NCBI GenBank assembly: GCA_964057225.1
Contig: OZ059900.1
Span: forward strand, 3,658,001-3,722,000
DNA length: 64,000 nucleotides
Source: Auanema rhodensis
Taxonomy: Eukaryota > Animalia > Nematoda
Reading direction: 5' to 3'
The position numbers were made by a program, and so were the translations under genes. Shown piece after piece: positions 14,701 through 30,600 of this stretch. The notes under the pieces are model-generated. The model was not told the origin of the DNA and searched no databases. It worked only from the letters and a program-made list of their open reading frames with translations. Positions within the stretch are counted from its first letter, which is position 1; each line of letters starts with the position of its first letter.

Positions 14701-17700
14701 GTTGAGTATATGGTGTTAAAGGCATAAAAACGACCATACTTAGTGTAGTAAAGCTATTTGAGTGAAATTCAGTGATTTAAACATCACTAGCGTTTAATTG
14801 ATGACTTTTGTTGTCATAGACAATAAAACTATGCTTCTGATCATGTATATGAGCGATTTAGCCAAATTAGACTCAAAACTCGGAAATTTCAAAAATTATT
14901 TCTATTTTCGACCTTTTTTGATCAAAATGAATATATATCAGTGCAAGCTCATAAAAATAGACTGATTTTGTGTATTGTATGTTTGATTCTCAAATCTTAA
15001 CGAATATGATCAAAATTTACGAGTATTACAGATTTTGTACCAAAAATCGTTGAGTATATGGTGTTAAAGGCATAAAAACGACCATACTTAGTGTAGTAAA
15101 GCTATTTGAGTGAAATTCAGTGATTTACACATTATTAGTGTATATTTGAAGACTTTTGTTATCATAGACAGTAAAACTATGCTTTTGATCATATATATGA
15201 GCGATTTAGCCAAATTAGACTCAAAACTCGGAAATTTCAAAAATTCTTTCTATTTTCGACCTTTTTTGATCAAAATGAATATATATCAGTGCAAGCTCAT
15301 AAAAATAGACTGATTTTGTGTATTGTATGTTTGATTCTCAAATCTTAACGAATATGATCAAAATTTACGAGTATTACAGATTTTGTACCAAAAATCGGTG
15401 AGTATATGGTGTTAAAGGCATAAAAACGACCATACTTAGTGTAGTAAAGCTATTTGAGTGAAATTCAGTGATTTACACATCATTAGTGTATATTTGAAGA
15501 CTTTTGTTATCATAGACAGTAAAACTATGCTTTTGATCATATATATGAGCGATTTAGCCCAATTGGACTCAAAACTCGGAAAATTCAAAAATTCTTTCTA
15601 TTTTCGACCTTTTTTGATCAAAATGATTAAATATCAGTGCAAACTCGTCAAAATAAACTTATTTCGTGTATTGTGTGTTTGATTCTCGAATCTCACCGAA
15701 TATGATCAAAATTTACGAGTATTACAGATTTTGTACCAAAAATCGGTGAGTATATGGTGTTAAAGGCATAAAAACGACCATACTTAGTGTAGTAATGCTA
15801 TTTGAGTGAAATTCAGTGATTTAATCATTATTAGTGTATATTTGAAGACTTTTGTTATCATAGACAATAAAACTATGCTTCTGATCATGTATATGAGCGA
15901 TTTAGCCAAATTAGACTCAAAACTCGGAAATTTCAAAAATTCTTTCTATTTTCGACCTTTTTTGATCAAAATGAATATATATCAGTGCAAACTCGTAAAA
16001 ATAAACTTATTTCGTGTATTGTGTGTTTGATTCTCGAATCTCACCGAATATGATCAAAATTTACGAGTATCACAGATTTTGTACCAAAAATCGGTGAGTA
16101 TATGGTGTTAAAGGCATAAAAACGACCATACTTAGTGTAGTAATGCTATTTGAGCGAAATTTAGTGATTTAAACATCATTAGTGTTTAATTAATGACTTT
16201 TGTTGTCATAGACAATAAAACTATGCTTCTGATCATGTATATGAGCGATTTAGCCAAATTAGACTCAAAACTCGGAAATTTCAAAAATTCTTTCTATTTT
16301 CGACCTTTTTTGATCAAAATGAATATATATCAGTGCAAACTCATAAAAATAGACTGATTTTGTTTATTGTGTGTTTGATTTTCAAATCTTAACGAATATG
16401 ATCAAAATTTACGAGTATTACAGATTTTGTACCAAAAATCGGTGAGTATATGGTGTTAAAGGCATAAAAACGACCATACTTAGTGTAGTAATGCTATTTG
16501 AGCGAAAATCAGTATTTAAACATCACTAGCGTTTAATTGATGATTTTTGTTGTCATAGACAATAAAACTATGCTTCTGATCATGTATATGAGCGATTTAG
16601 CCAAATTAGACTCAAAACTCGGAAATTTCAAAAATTCTTTCTATTTTCGACCTTTTTTGATCAAAATGAATATATATCAGTGCAAGCTCATAAAAATAGA
16701 CTGATTTTGTGTATTGTATGTTTCATTCTCAAATCTTAACGAATATGATCAAAATTTACGAGTATTACAGATTTTGTACCAAAAATCGGTGAGTATATGG
16801 TGTTAAAGGCATAAAAACGACCATACTTAGTGTAGTAAAGCTATTTGAGTGGAATTCAGTGATTTACACATTATTAGTGTAAATTTGAAGACTTTTGTTA
16901 TCATAGACAGTAAAACTATGCTTTTGATCTTATATATGAGCGATTTAGCCAAATTAGACTCAAAACTCGGAAATTTCAAAAATTCTTTCTATTTTCGACC
17001 TTTTTTGATCAAAATGAATATATATCAGTGCAAACTCATAAAAATAGACTGATTTTGTTTATTGTGTGTTTGATTTTCAAATCTTAACGAATATGATCAA
17101 AATTTACGAGTATCACAGATTTTGTACCAAAAATCGGTGAGTATATGGTGTTAAAGGCATAAAAACGACCATACTTAGTGTAGTAATGCTATTTGAGCGA
17201 AAATCAGTATTTAAACATCACTAGCGTTTAATTGATGACTTTTGTTGTCATAGACAATAAAACTATGCTTCTGATCATGTATATGAGCGATTTAGCCAAA
17301 TTAGACTCAAAACTCGGAAATTTCAAAAATTCTTTCTATTTTCGACCTTTTTTGATCAAAATGAATATATATCAGTGCAAGCTCATAAAAATAGACTGAT
17401 TTTGTGTATTGTATGTTTGATTCTCAAATCTTAACGAATATGATCAAAATTTACGAGTATCACAGATTTTGTACCAAAAATCGGTGAGTATATGGTGTTA
17501 ATGGCATAAAAACGACCATACTTAGTGTAGTAATGCTATTTGAGTGAAATTCAGTGATTTAATCATTATTAGTGTATATTTGAAGACTTTTGTTATCATA
17601 GACAATAAAACTATGCTTCTGATCATGTATATGAGCGATTTAGCCAAATTAGACTCAAAACTCGGAAATTTCAAAAATTCTTTCTATTTTCGACCTTTTT

Positions 17701-20700
17701 TGATCAAAATGAATATATATCAGTGCAAACTCGTAAAAATAAACTTATTTCGTGTATTGTGTGTTTGATTCTCGAATCTCACCGAATATGATCAAAATTT
17801 ACGAGTATCACAGATTTTGTACCAAAAATCGGTGAGTATATGGTGTTAAAGGCATAAAAACGACCATACTTAGTGTAGTAATGCTATTTGAGCGAAATTT
17901 AGTGATTTAAACATCATTAGTGTTTAATTAATGACTTTTGTTGTCATAGACAATAAAACTATGCTTCTGATCATGTATATGAGCGATTTAGCCAAATTAG
18001 ACTCAAAACTCGGAAATTTCAAAAATTCTTTCTATTTTCGACCTTTTTTGATCAAAATGAATATATATCAGTGCAAACTCATAAAAATAGACTGATTTTG
18101 TTTATTGTGTGTTTGATTTTCAAATCTTAACAAATATGATCAAAATTTACGAGTATTACAGATTTTGTACCAAAAATCGGTGAGTATATGGTGTTAAAGG
18201 CATAAAAACGACCATACTTAGTGTAGTAATGCTATTTGAGCGAAAATCAGTATTTAAACATCACTAGCGTTTAATTGATGATTTTTGTTGTCATAGACAA
18301 TAAAACTATGCTTCTGATCATGTATATGAGCGATTTAGCCAAATTAGACTCAAAACTCGGAAATTTCAAAAATTCTTTCTATTTTCGACCTTTTTTGATC
18401 AAAATGAATATATATCAGTGCAAGCTCATAAAAATAGACTGATTTTGTGTATTGTATGTTTCATTCTCAAATCTTAACGAATATGATCAAAATTTACGAG
18501 TATTACAGATTTTGTACCAAAAATCGGTGAGTATATGGTGTTAAAGGCATAAAAACGACCATACTTAGTGTAGTAAAGCTATTTGAGTGGAATTCAGTGA
18601 TTTACACATTATTAGTGTAAATTTGAAGACTTTTGTTATCATAGACAGTAAAACTATGCTTTTGATCTTATATATGAGCGATTTAGCCAAATTAGACTCA
18701 AAACTCGGAAATTTCAAAAATTCTTTCTATTTTCGACCTTTTTTGATCAAAATGAATATATATCAGTGCAAACTCATAAAAATAGACTGATTTTGTTTAT
18801 TGTGTGTTTGATTTTCAAATCTTAACGAATATGATCAAAATTTACGAGTATCACAGATTTTGTACCAAAAATCGGTGAGTATATGGTGTTAAAGGCATAA
18901 AAACGACCATACTTAGTGTAGTAATGCTATTTGAGCGAAAATCAGTATTTAAACATCACTAGCGTTTAATTGATGACTTTTGTTGTCATAGACAATACAA
19001 CTATGCTTCTGATCATGTATATGAGCGATTTAGCCAAATTAGACTCAAAACTCGGAAATTTCAAAAATTCTTTCTATTTTCGACCTTTTTTGATCAAAAT
19101 GAATATATATCAGTGCAAGCTCATAAAAATAGACTGATTTTGTGTATTGTATGTTTGATTCTCAAATCTTAACGAATATGATCAAAATTTACGAGTATTA
19201 CAGATTTTGTACCAAAAATCGTTGAGTATATGGTGTTAAAGGCATAAAAACGACCATACTTAGTGTAGTAAAGCTATTTGAGTGAAATTCAGTGATTTAA
19301 ACATCACTAGCGTTTAATTGATGACTTTTGTTGTCATAGACAATAAAACTATGCTTCTGATCATGTATATGAGCGATTTAGCCAAATTAGACTCAAAACT
19401 CGGAAATTTCAAAAATTATTTCTATTTTCGACCTTTTTTGATCAAAATGAATATATATCAGTGCAAGCTCATAAAAATAGACTGATTTTGTGTATTGTAT
19501 GTTTGATTCTCAAATCTTAACGAATATGATCAAAATTTACGAGTATTACAGATTTTGTACCAAAAATCGTTGAGTATATGGTGTTAAAGGCATAAAAACG
19601 ACCATACTTAGTGTAGTAAAGCTATTTGAGTGAAATTCAGTGATTTACACATTATTAGTGTATATTTGAAGACTTTTGTTATCATAGACAGTAAAACTAT
19701 GCTTTTGATCATATATATGAGCGATTTAGCCAAATTAGACTCAAAACTCGGAAATTTCAAAAATTCTTTCTATTTTCGACCTTTTTTGATCAAAATGAAT
19801 ATATATCAGTGCAAGCTCATAAAAATAGACTGATTTTGTGTATTGTATGTTTGATTCTCAAATCTTAACGAATATGATCAAAATTTACGAGTATTACAGA
19901 TTTTGTACCAAAAATCGGTGAGTATATGGTGTTAAAGGCATAAAAACGACCATACTTAGTGTAGTAAAGCTATTTGAGTGAAATTCAGTGATTTACACAT
20001 CATTAGTGTATATTTGAAGACTTTTGTTATCATAGACAGTAAAACTATGCTTTTGATCATATATATGAGCGATTTAGCCCAATTGGACTCAAAACTCGGA
20101 AAATTCAAAAATTCTTTCTATTTTCGACCTTTTTTGATCAAAATGATTAAATATCAGTGCAAACTCGTCAAAATAAACTTATTTCGTGTATTGTGTGTTT
20201 GATTCTCGAATCTCACCGAATATGATCAAAATTTACGAGTATTACAGATTTTGTACCAAAAATCGGTGAGTATATGGTGTTAAAGGCATAAAAACGACCA
20301 TACTTAGTGTAGTAATGCTATTTGAGTGAAATTCAGTGATTTAATCATTATTAGTGTATATTTGAAGACTTTTGTTATCATAGACAATAAAACTATGCTT
20401 CTGATCATGTATATGAGCGATTTAGCCAAATTAGACTCAAAACTCGGAAATTTCAAAAATTCTTTCTATTTTCGACCTTTTTTGATCAAAATGAATATAT
20501 ATCAGTGCAAACTCGTAAAAATAAACTTATTTCGTGTATTGTGTGTTTGATTCTCGAATCTCACCGAATATGATCAAAATTTACGAGTATCACAGATTTT
20601 GTACCAAAAATCGGTGAGTATATGGTGTTAAAGGCATAAAAACGACCATACTTAGTGTAGTAATGCTATTTGAGCGAAATTTAGTGATTTAAACATCATT

Positions 20701-21990
20701 AGTGTTTAATTAATGACTTTTGTTGTCATAGACAATAAAACTATGCTTCTGATCATGTATATGAGCGATTTAGCCAAATTAGACTCAAAACTCGGAAATT
20801 TCAAAAATTCTTTCTATTTTCGACCTTTTTTGATCAAAATGAATATATATCAGTGCAAACTCATAAAAATAGACTGATTTTGTTTATTGTGTGTTTGATT
20901 TTCAAATCTTAACGAATATGATCAAAATTTACGAGTATTACAGATTTTGTACCAAAAATCGGTGAGTATATGGTGTTAAAGGCATAAAAACGACCATACT
21001 TAGTGTAGTAATGCTATTTGAGCGAAAATCAGTATTTAAACATCACTAGCGTTTAATTGATGATTTTTGTTGTCATAGACAATAAAACTATGCTTCTGAT
21101 CATGTATATGAGCGATTTAGCCAAATTAGACTCAAAACTCGGAAATTTCAAAAATTCTTTCTATTTTCGACCTTTTTTGATCAAAATGAATATATATCAG
21201 TGCAAGCTCATAAAAATAGACTGATTTTGTGTATTGTATGTTTCATTCTCAAATCTTAACGAATATGATCAAAATTTACGAGTATTACAGATTTTGTACC
21301 AAAAATCGGTGAGTATATGGTGTTAAAGGCATAAAAACGACCATACTTAGTGTAGTAAAGCTATTTGAGTGGAATTCAGTGATTTACACATTATTAGTGT
21401 AAATTTGAAGACTTTTGTTATCATAGACAGTAAAACTATGCTTTTGATCTTATATATGAGCGATTTAGCCAAATTAGACTCAAAACTCGGAAATTTCAAA
21501 AATTCTTTCTATTTTCGACCTTTTTTGATCAAAATGAATATATATCAGTGCAAACTCATAAAAATAGACTGATTTTGTTTATTGTGTGTTTGATTTTCAA
21601 ATCTTAACGAATATGATCAAAATTTACGAGTATCACAGATTTTGTACCAAAAATCGGTGAGTATATGGTGTTAAAGGCATAAAAACGACCATACTTAGTG
21701 TAGTAATGCTATTTGAGCGAAAATCAGTATTTAAACATCACTAGCGTTTAATTGATGACTTTTGTTGTCATAGACAATAAAACTATGCTTCTGATCATGT
21801 ATATGAGCGATTTAGCCAAATTAGACTCAAAACTCGGAAATTTCAAAAATTCTTTCTATTTTCGACCTTTTTTGATCAAAATGAATATATATCAGTGCAA
21901 GCTCATAAAAATAGACTGATTTTGTGTATTGTATGTTTGATTCTCAAATCTTAACGAATATGATCAAAATTTACGAGTATTACAGATTTT
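12930..21990 (+). repeat. Higher-order repeat: 13-monomer unit (4,520 bp = 8-mer 2,782 + 5-mer 1,738) x2; boundaries approximate
   Basis: TTAATGGC (about 12981/17501), AATACAAC (about 14475/18995) and AAAATTATT (about 14895/19415). ORF pairs 15110/19630, 15458/19978, 15806/20326 and 16849/21369. Confidence 0.85.
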
Positions 21991-24900
21991 GTACCAAAAA
22001 TCGTTGAGTATATGGTGTTAAAGGCATAAAAACGACCATACTTAGTGTAGTAAAGCTATTTGAGTGAAATTCAGTGATTTAAACATCACTAGCGTTTAAT
22101 TGATGACTTTTGTTGTCATAGACAATAAAACTATGCTTCTGATCATGTATATGAGCGATTTAGCCAAATTAGACTCAAAACTCGGAAATTTCAAAAATTC
22201 TTTCTATTTTCGACCTTTTTTGATCAAAATGAATATATATCAGTGCAAGCTCATAAAAATAGACTGATTTTGTGTATTGTATGTTTGATTCTCAAATCTT
22301 AACGAATATGATCAAAATTTACGAGTATTACAGATTTTGTACCAAAAATCGTTGAGTATATGGTGTTAAAGGCATAAAAACGACCATACTTAGTGTAGTA
22401 AAGCTATTTGAGTGAAATTCAGTGATTTACACATTATTAGTGTATATTTGAAGACTTTTGTTATCATAGACAGTAAAACTATGCTTTTGATCATATATAT
22501 GAGCGATTTAGCCAAATTAGACTCAAAACTCGGAAATTTCAAAAATTCTTTCTATTTTCGACCTTTTTTGATCAAAATGAATATATATCAGTGCAAGCTC
22601 ATAAAAATAGACTGATTTTGTGTATTGTATGTTTGATTCTCAAATCTTAACGAATATGATCAAAATTTACGAGTATTACAGATTTTGTACCAAAAATCGG
22701 TGAGTATATGGTGTTAAAGGCATAAAAACGACCATACTTAGTGTAGTAAAGCTATTTGAGTGAAATTCAGTGATTTACACATCATTAGTGTATATTTGAA
22801 GACTTTTGTTATCATAGACAGTAAAACTATGCTTTTGATCATATATATGAGCGATTTAGCCCAATTGGACTCAAAACTCGGAAAATTCAAAAATTCTTTC
22901 TATTTTCGACCTTTTTTGATCAAAATGAATAAATATCAGTGCAAACTCGTAAAAATAAACTTATTTCGTGTATTGTGTGTTTGATTCTCGAATCTCACCG
23001 AATATGATCAAAATTTACGAGTATCACAGATTTTGTACCAAAAATCGGTGAGTATATGGTGTTAAAGGCATAAAAACGACCATACTTAGTGTAGTAATGC
23101 TATTTGAGTGAAATTCAGTGATTTACACATTATTAGTGTATATTTGAAGACTTTTGTTATCATAGACAGTAAAACTATGCTTTTGATCATATATATGAGC
23201 GATTTAGCCAAATTAGACTCAAAACTCGGAAATTTCAAAAATTCTTTCTATTTTCGACCTTTTTTGATCAAAATGAATAAATATCAGTGCAAACTCGTAA
23301 AAATAAACTTATTTCGTGTATTGTGTGTTTGATTCTCGAATCTCACCCAATATGATCAAAATTTACGAGTATCACAGATTTTGTACCAAAAATCGGTGAG
23401 TATATGGTGTTAAAGGCATAAAAACGACCATACTTAGTGTAGTAATGCTATTTGAGTGAAATTCAGTGATTAAATCATTATTAGTGTATATTTGAAGACT
23501 TTTGTTATCATAGACAGTAAAACTATGCTTTTGATCATATATATGAGCGATTTAGCCCAATTGGACTCAAAACTCGGAAAATTCAAAAATTCTTTCTATT
23601 TTTGACCTTTTTTGATCAAAATGAATAAATATCAGTGCAAACTCATAAAAATAGACTTATTTCGTGTATTATGTGTTTGATTCTCGAATCTTAACGAATA
23701 TGATCAAAATTTACAAGTATTACAGATTTTGTACCAAAAATCGGTGAGTATATGGTGTTAAAGGCATAAAAACGACCATACTTAGTGTAGTAATGCTATT
23801 TGAGCGAAATTTAGTGATTTAAACATCATTAGTGTTTAACTAATGACTTTTGTTGTCATAGACAATAAAACTATGCTTCTGATCATATATATGAGCGATT
23901 TAGCCAAATTAGACTCAAAACTCGTAAATTTCAAAAATTCTTTCTATTTTCGACCTTTTTTGATCAAAATGAATATATATCAGTGCAAGCTCATAAAAAT
24001 AGACTGATTTTGTGTATTGTATGTTTGATTCTCAAATCTCAACGAATATGATCAAAATTTACGAGTATTACAGATTTTGTACCAAAAATCGGTGAGTATA
24101 TGGTGTTAAAGGCATAAAAACGACCATACTTAGTGTAGTAATGCTATTTGAGCGAAATTCAGTATTTAAACATCACTAGCGTTTAATTGATGACTTTTGT
24201 TGTCATAGACAATAAAACTATGCTTTTGATCATATATATGAGCGATTTAGCCAAATTAGACTCAAAACTCGGAAATTTCAGAAATTCTTTCTATTTTCGA
24301 CCTTTTTTGATCAAAATGAATAAATATCAGTGCAAACTCGTAAAAATAAACTTATTTCGTGTATTGTGTGTTTGATTCTCGAATCTCACCGAATATGATC
24401 AAAATTTACGAGTATCACAGATTTTGTACCAAAAATCGGTGAGTATATGGTGTTAAAGGCATAAAAACGACCATACTTAGTGTAGTAATGCTATTTGAGT
24501 GAAATTCAGTGATTTACACATTATTAGTGTATATTTGAAGACTTTTGTTATCATAGACAGTAAAACTATGCTTTTGATCATATATATGAGCGATTTAGCC
24601 AAATTAGACTCAAAACTCGGAAATTTCAAAAATTCTTTCTATTTTCGACCTTTTTTGATCAAAATGAATAAATATCAGTGCAAGCTCATAAAAATAGACT
24701 GATTTTGTGTATTGTATGTTTGATTCTCGAATCTCACCGAATATGATCAAAATTTACGAGTATCACAGATTTTGTACCAAAAATCGGTGAGTATATGGTG
24801 TTAAAGGCATAAAAACGACCATACTTAGTGTAGTAATGCTATTTGAGTGAAATTCAGTGATTTACACATTATTAGTGTATATTTGAAGACTTTTGTTATC

Positions 24901-27629
24901 ATAGACAGTAAAACTATGCTTTTGATCATATATATGAGCGATTTAGCCAAATTAGACTCAAAACTCGGAAATTTCAAAAATTCTTTCTATTTTCGACCTT
25001 TTTTGATCAAAATGAATAAATATCAGTGCAAACTCGTAAAAATAAACTTATTTCGTGTATTGTGTGTTTGATTCTCGAATCTCACCCAATATGATCAAAA
25101 TTTACGAGTATCACAGATTTTGTACCAAAAATCGGTGAGTATATGGTGTTAAAGGCATAAAAACGACCATACTTAGTGTAGTAATGCTATTTGAGCGAAA
25201 TTTAGTGATTTAAACATCATTAGTGTTTAACTAATGACTTTTGTTGTCATAGACAATAAAACTATGCTTCTGATCATATATATGAGCGATTTAGCCAAAT
25301 TAGACTCAAAACTCGTAAATTTCAAAAATTCTTTCTATTTTCGACCTTTTTTGATCAAAATGAATATATATCAGTGCAAGCTCATAAAAATAGACTGATT
25401 TTGTGTATTGTATGTTTGATTCTCAAATCTCAACGAATATGATCAAAATTTACGAGTATTACAGATTTTGTACCAAAAATCGGTGAGTATATGGTGTTAA
25501 AGGCATAAAAACGACCATACTTAGTGTAGTAATGCTATTTGAGTGAAATTCAGTGATTAAATCATTATTAGTGTATATTTGAAGACTTTTGTTATCATAG
25601 ACAGTAAAACTATGCTTTTGATCATATATATGAGCGATTTAGCCCAATTGGACTCAAAACTCGGAAAATTCAAAAATTCTTTCTATTTTTGACCTTTTTT
25701 GATCAAAATGAATAAATATCAGTGCAAACTCATAAAAATAGACTTATTTCGTGTATTATGTGTTTGATTCTCGAATCTTAACGAATATGATCAAAATTTA
25801 CAAGTATTACAGATTTTGTACCAAAAATCGGTGAGTATATGGTGTTAAAGGCATAAAAACGACCATACTTAGTGTAGTAATGCTATTTGAGCGAAATTTA
25901 GTGATTTAAACATCATTAGTGTTTAACTAATGACTTTTGTTGTCATAGACAATAAAACTATGCTTCTGATCATATATATGAGCGATTTAGCCAAATTAGA
26001 CTCAAAACTCGTAAATTTCAAAAATTCTTTCTATTTTCGACCTTTTTTGATCAAAATGAATATATATCAGTGCAAGCTCATAAAAATAGACTGATTTTGT
26101 GTATTGTATGTTTGATTCTCAAATCTCAACGAATATGATCAAAATTTACGAGTATTACAGATTTTGTACCAAAAATCGGTGAGTATATGGTGTTAAAGGC
26201 ATAAAAACGACCATACTTAGTGTAGTAATGCTATTTGAGCGAAATTCAGTATTTAAACATCACTAGCGTTTAATTGATGACTTTTGTTGTCATAGACAAT
26301 AAAACTATGCTTTTGATCATATATATGAGCGATTTAGCCAAATTAGACTCAAAACTCGGAAATTTCAAAAATTCTTTCTATTTTCGACCTTTTTTGATCA
26401 AAATGAATAAATATCAGTGCAAACTCGTAAAAATAAACTTATTTCGTGTATTGTGTGTTTGATTCTCGAATCTCACCGAATATGATCAAAATTTACGAGT
26501 ATCACAGATTTTGTACCAAAAATCGGTGAGTATATGGTGTTAAAGGCATAAAAACGACCATACTTAGTGTAGTAATGCTATTTGAGCGAAATTTAGTGAT
26601 TTAAACATCATTAGTGTTTAACTAATGACTTTTGTTGTCATAGACAATAAAACTATGCTTCTGATCATATATATGAGCGATTTAGCCAAATTAGACTCAA
26701 AACTCGTAAATTTCAAAAATTCTTTCTATTTTCGACCTTTTTTGATCAAAATGAATATATATCAGTGCAAGCTCATAAAAATAGACTGATTTTGTGTATT
26801 GTATGTTTGATTCTCAAATCTCAACGAATATGATCAAAATTTACGAGTATTACAGATTTTGTACCAAAAATCGGTGAGTATATGGTGTTAAAGGCATAAA
26901 AACGACCATACTTAGTGTAGTAATGCTATTTGAGTGAAATTCAGTGATTAAATCATTATTAGTGTATATTTGAAGACTTTTGTTATCATAGACAGTAAAA
27001 CTATGCTTTTGATCATATATATGAGCGATTTAGCCCAATTGGACTCAAAACTCGGAAAATTCAAAAATTCTTTCTATTTTTGACCTTTTTTGATCAAAAT
27101 GAATAAATATCAGTGCAAACTCATAAAAATAGACTTATTTCGTGTATTATGTGTTTGATTCTCGAATCTTAACGAATATGATCAAAATTTACAAGTATTA
27201 CAGATTTTGTACCAAAAATCGGTGAGTATATGGTGTTAAAGGCATAAAAACGACCATACTTAGTGTAGTAATGCTATTTGAGCGAAATTTAGTGATTTAA
27301 ACATCATTAGTGTTTAACTAATGACTTTTGTTGTCATAGACAATAAAACTATGCTTCTGATCATATATATGAGCGATTTAGCCAAATTAGACTCAAAACT
27401 CGTAAATTTCAAAAATTCTTTCTATTTTCGACCTTTTTTGATCAAAATGAATATATATCAGTGCAAGCTCATAAAAATAGACTTATTTCGTGTATTGTGT
27501 GTTTGATTCTCGAATCTCACCGAATATGATCAAAATTTACGAGTATCACAGATTTTGTACCAAAAATCGGTGAGTATATGGTGTTAAAGGCATAAAAACG
27601 ACCATACTTAGTGTAGTAATGCTATTTGA

Positions 27630-30600
27630 GTGAAATTCAGTGATTTAATCATTATTAGTGTATATTTGAAGACTTTTGTTATCATAGACAGTAAAACTAT
27701 GCTTTTGATCATATATATGAGCGATTTAGCCCAATTGGACTCAAAACTCGGAAAATTCAAAAATTCTTTCTATTTTCGACCTTTTTTGATCAAAATGAAT
27801 ATATATCAGTGCAAACTCATAAAAATAGACTGATTTTGTTTATTGTGTGTTTGATTTTCAAATCTTAACGAATATGATCAAAATTTACGAGTATTACAGA
27901 TTTTGTACCAAAAATCGGTGAGTATATGGTGTTAAAGGCATAAAAACGACCATACTTAGTGTAGTAAAGCTATTTGAGTGAAATTCAGTGATTTACACAT
28001 TATTAGTGTATATTTGAAGACTTTTGTTATCATAGACAGTAAAACTATGCTTTTGATCATATATATGAGCGATTTAGCCAAATTAGACTCAAAACTCGGA
28101 AATTTCAAAAATTCTTTCTATTTTCGACCTTTTTTGATCAAAATGAATAAATATCAGTGCAAACTCGTAAAAATAAACTTATTTCGTGTATTGTGTGTTT
28201 GATTCTCAAATCTCACCCAATATGATCAAAATTTACGAGTATCACAGATTTTGTACCAAAAATCGGTGAGTATATGGTGTTGAAGGCATAAAAACGACCA
28301 TACTTAGTGTAGTAATGCTATTTGAGCGAAAATCAGTATTTAAACATCATTAGTGTTTAATTAATGACTTTTGTTGTCATAGACAATAAAACTATGCTTC
28401 TGATCATATATATGAGCGATTTAGCCAAATTAGACTCAAAACTCGTAAATTTCAAAAATTCTTTCTATTTTCGACCTTTTTTGATCAAAATGAATATATA
28501 TCAGTGCAAGCTCATAAAAATAGACTGATTTTGTGTATTGTATGTTTGATTCTCAAATCTTAACGAATATGATCAAAATTTACGAGTATTACAGATTTTG
28601 TACCAAAAATCGGTGAGTATATGGTGTTAAAGGCATAAAAACGACCATACTTAGTGTAGTAAAGCTATTTGAGTGAAATTCAGTGATTTACACATCATTA
28701 GTGTATATTTGAAGACTTTTGTTATCATAGACAGTAAAACTATGCTTTTGATCATATATATGAGCGATTTAGCCCAATTGGACTCAAAACTCGGAAAATT
28801 CAAAAATTCTTTCTATTTTCGACCTTTTTTGATCAAAATGATTAAATATCAGTGCAAACTCGTCAAAATAAACTTATTTCGTGTATTGTGTGTTTGATTC
28901 TCGAATCTCACCGAATATGATCAAAATTTACGAGTATTACAGATTTTGTACCAAAAATCGGTGAGTATATGGTGTTAAAGGCATAAAAACGACCATACTT
29001 AGTGTAGTAATGCTATTTGAGTGAAATTCAGTGATTAAATCATTATTAGTGTATATTTGAAGACTTTTGTTATCATAGACAGTAAAACTATGCTTTTGAT
29101 CATATATATGAGCGATTTAGCCCAATTGGACTCAAAACTCGGAAAATTCAAAAATTCTTTCTATTTTCGACCTTTTTTGATCAAAATGAATAAATATCAG
29201 TGCAAACTCATAAAAATAGACTTATTTCGTGTATTATGTGTTTGATTCTCGAATCTTAACGAATATGATCAAAATTTACAAGTATTACAGATTTTGTACC
29301 AAAAATCGGTGAGTATATGGTGTTAAAGGCATAAAAACGACCATACTTAGTGTAGTAATGCTATTTGAGCGAAATTTAGTGATTTAAACATCATTAGTGT
29401 TTAACTAATGACTTTTGTTGTCATAGACAATAAAACTATGCTTCTGATCATATATATGAGCGATTTAGCCAAATTAGACTCAAAACTCGTAAATTTCAAA
29501 AATTCTTTCTATTTTCGACCTTTTTTGATCAAAATGAATATATATCAGTGCAAGCTCATAAAAATAGACTGATTTTGTGTATTGTATGTTTGATTCTCAA
29601 ATCTTAACGAATATGATCAAAATTTACGAGTATTACAGATTTTGTACCAAAAATCGGTGAGTATATGGTGTTAAAGGCATAAAAACGACCATACTTAGTG
29701 TAGTAATGCTATTTGAGTGAAATTCAGTGATTTAATCATTATTAGTGTATATTTGAAGACTTTTGTTATCATAGACAGTAAAACTATGCTTTTGATCATA
29801 TATATGAGCGATTTAGCCCAACTGGACTCAAAACTCGGAAAATTCAAAAATTCTTTCTATTTTCGACCTTTTTTGATCAAAATGAATATATATCAGTGCA
29901 AACTCATAAAAATAGACTGATTTTGTTTATTGTGTGTTTGATTTTCAAATCTTAACGAATATGATCAAAATTTACGAGTATTACAGATTTTGTACCAAAA
30001 ATCGGTGAGTATATGGTGTTAAAGGCATAAAAACGACCATACTTAGTGTAGTAAAGCTATTTGAGTGAAATTCAGTGATTTACACATTATTAGTGTATAT
30101 TTGAAGACTTTTGTTATCATAGACAGTAAAACTATGCTTTTGATCATATATATGAGCGATTTAGCCAAATTAGACTCAAAACTCGGAAATTTCAAAAATT
30201 CTTTCTATTTTCGACCTTTTTTGATCAAAATGAATAAATATCAGTGCAAACTCGTAAAAATAAACTTATTTCGTGTATTGTGTGTTTGATTCTCAAATCT
30301 CACCCAATATGATCAAAATTTACGAGTATCACAGATTTTGTACCAAAAATCGGTGAGTATATGGTGTTGAAGGCATAAAAACGACCATACTTAGTGTAGT
30401 AATGCTATTTGAGCGAAAATCAGTATTTAAACATCATTAGTGTTTAATTAATGACTTTTGTTGTCATAGACAATAAAACTATGCTTCTGATCATATATAT
30501 GAGCGATTTAGCCAAATTAGACTCAAAACTCGTAAATTTCAAAAATTCTTTCTATTTTCGACCTTTTTTGATCAAAATGAATATATATCAGTGCAAGCTC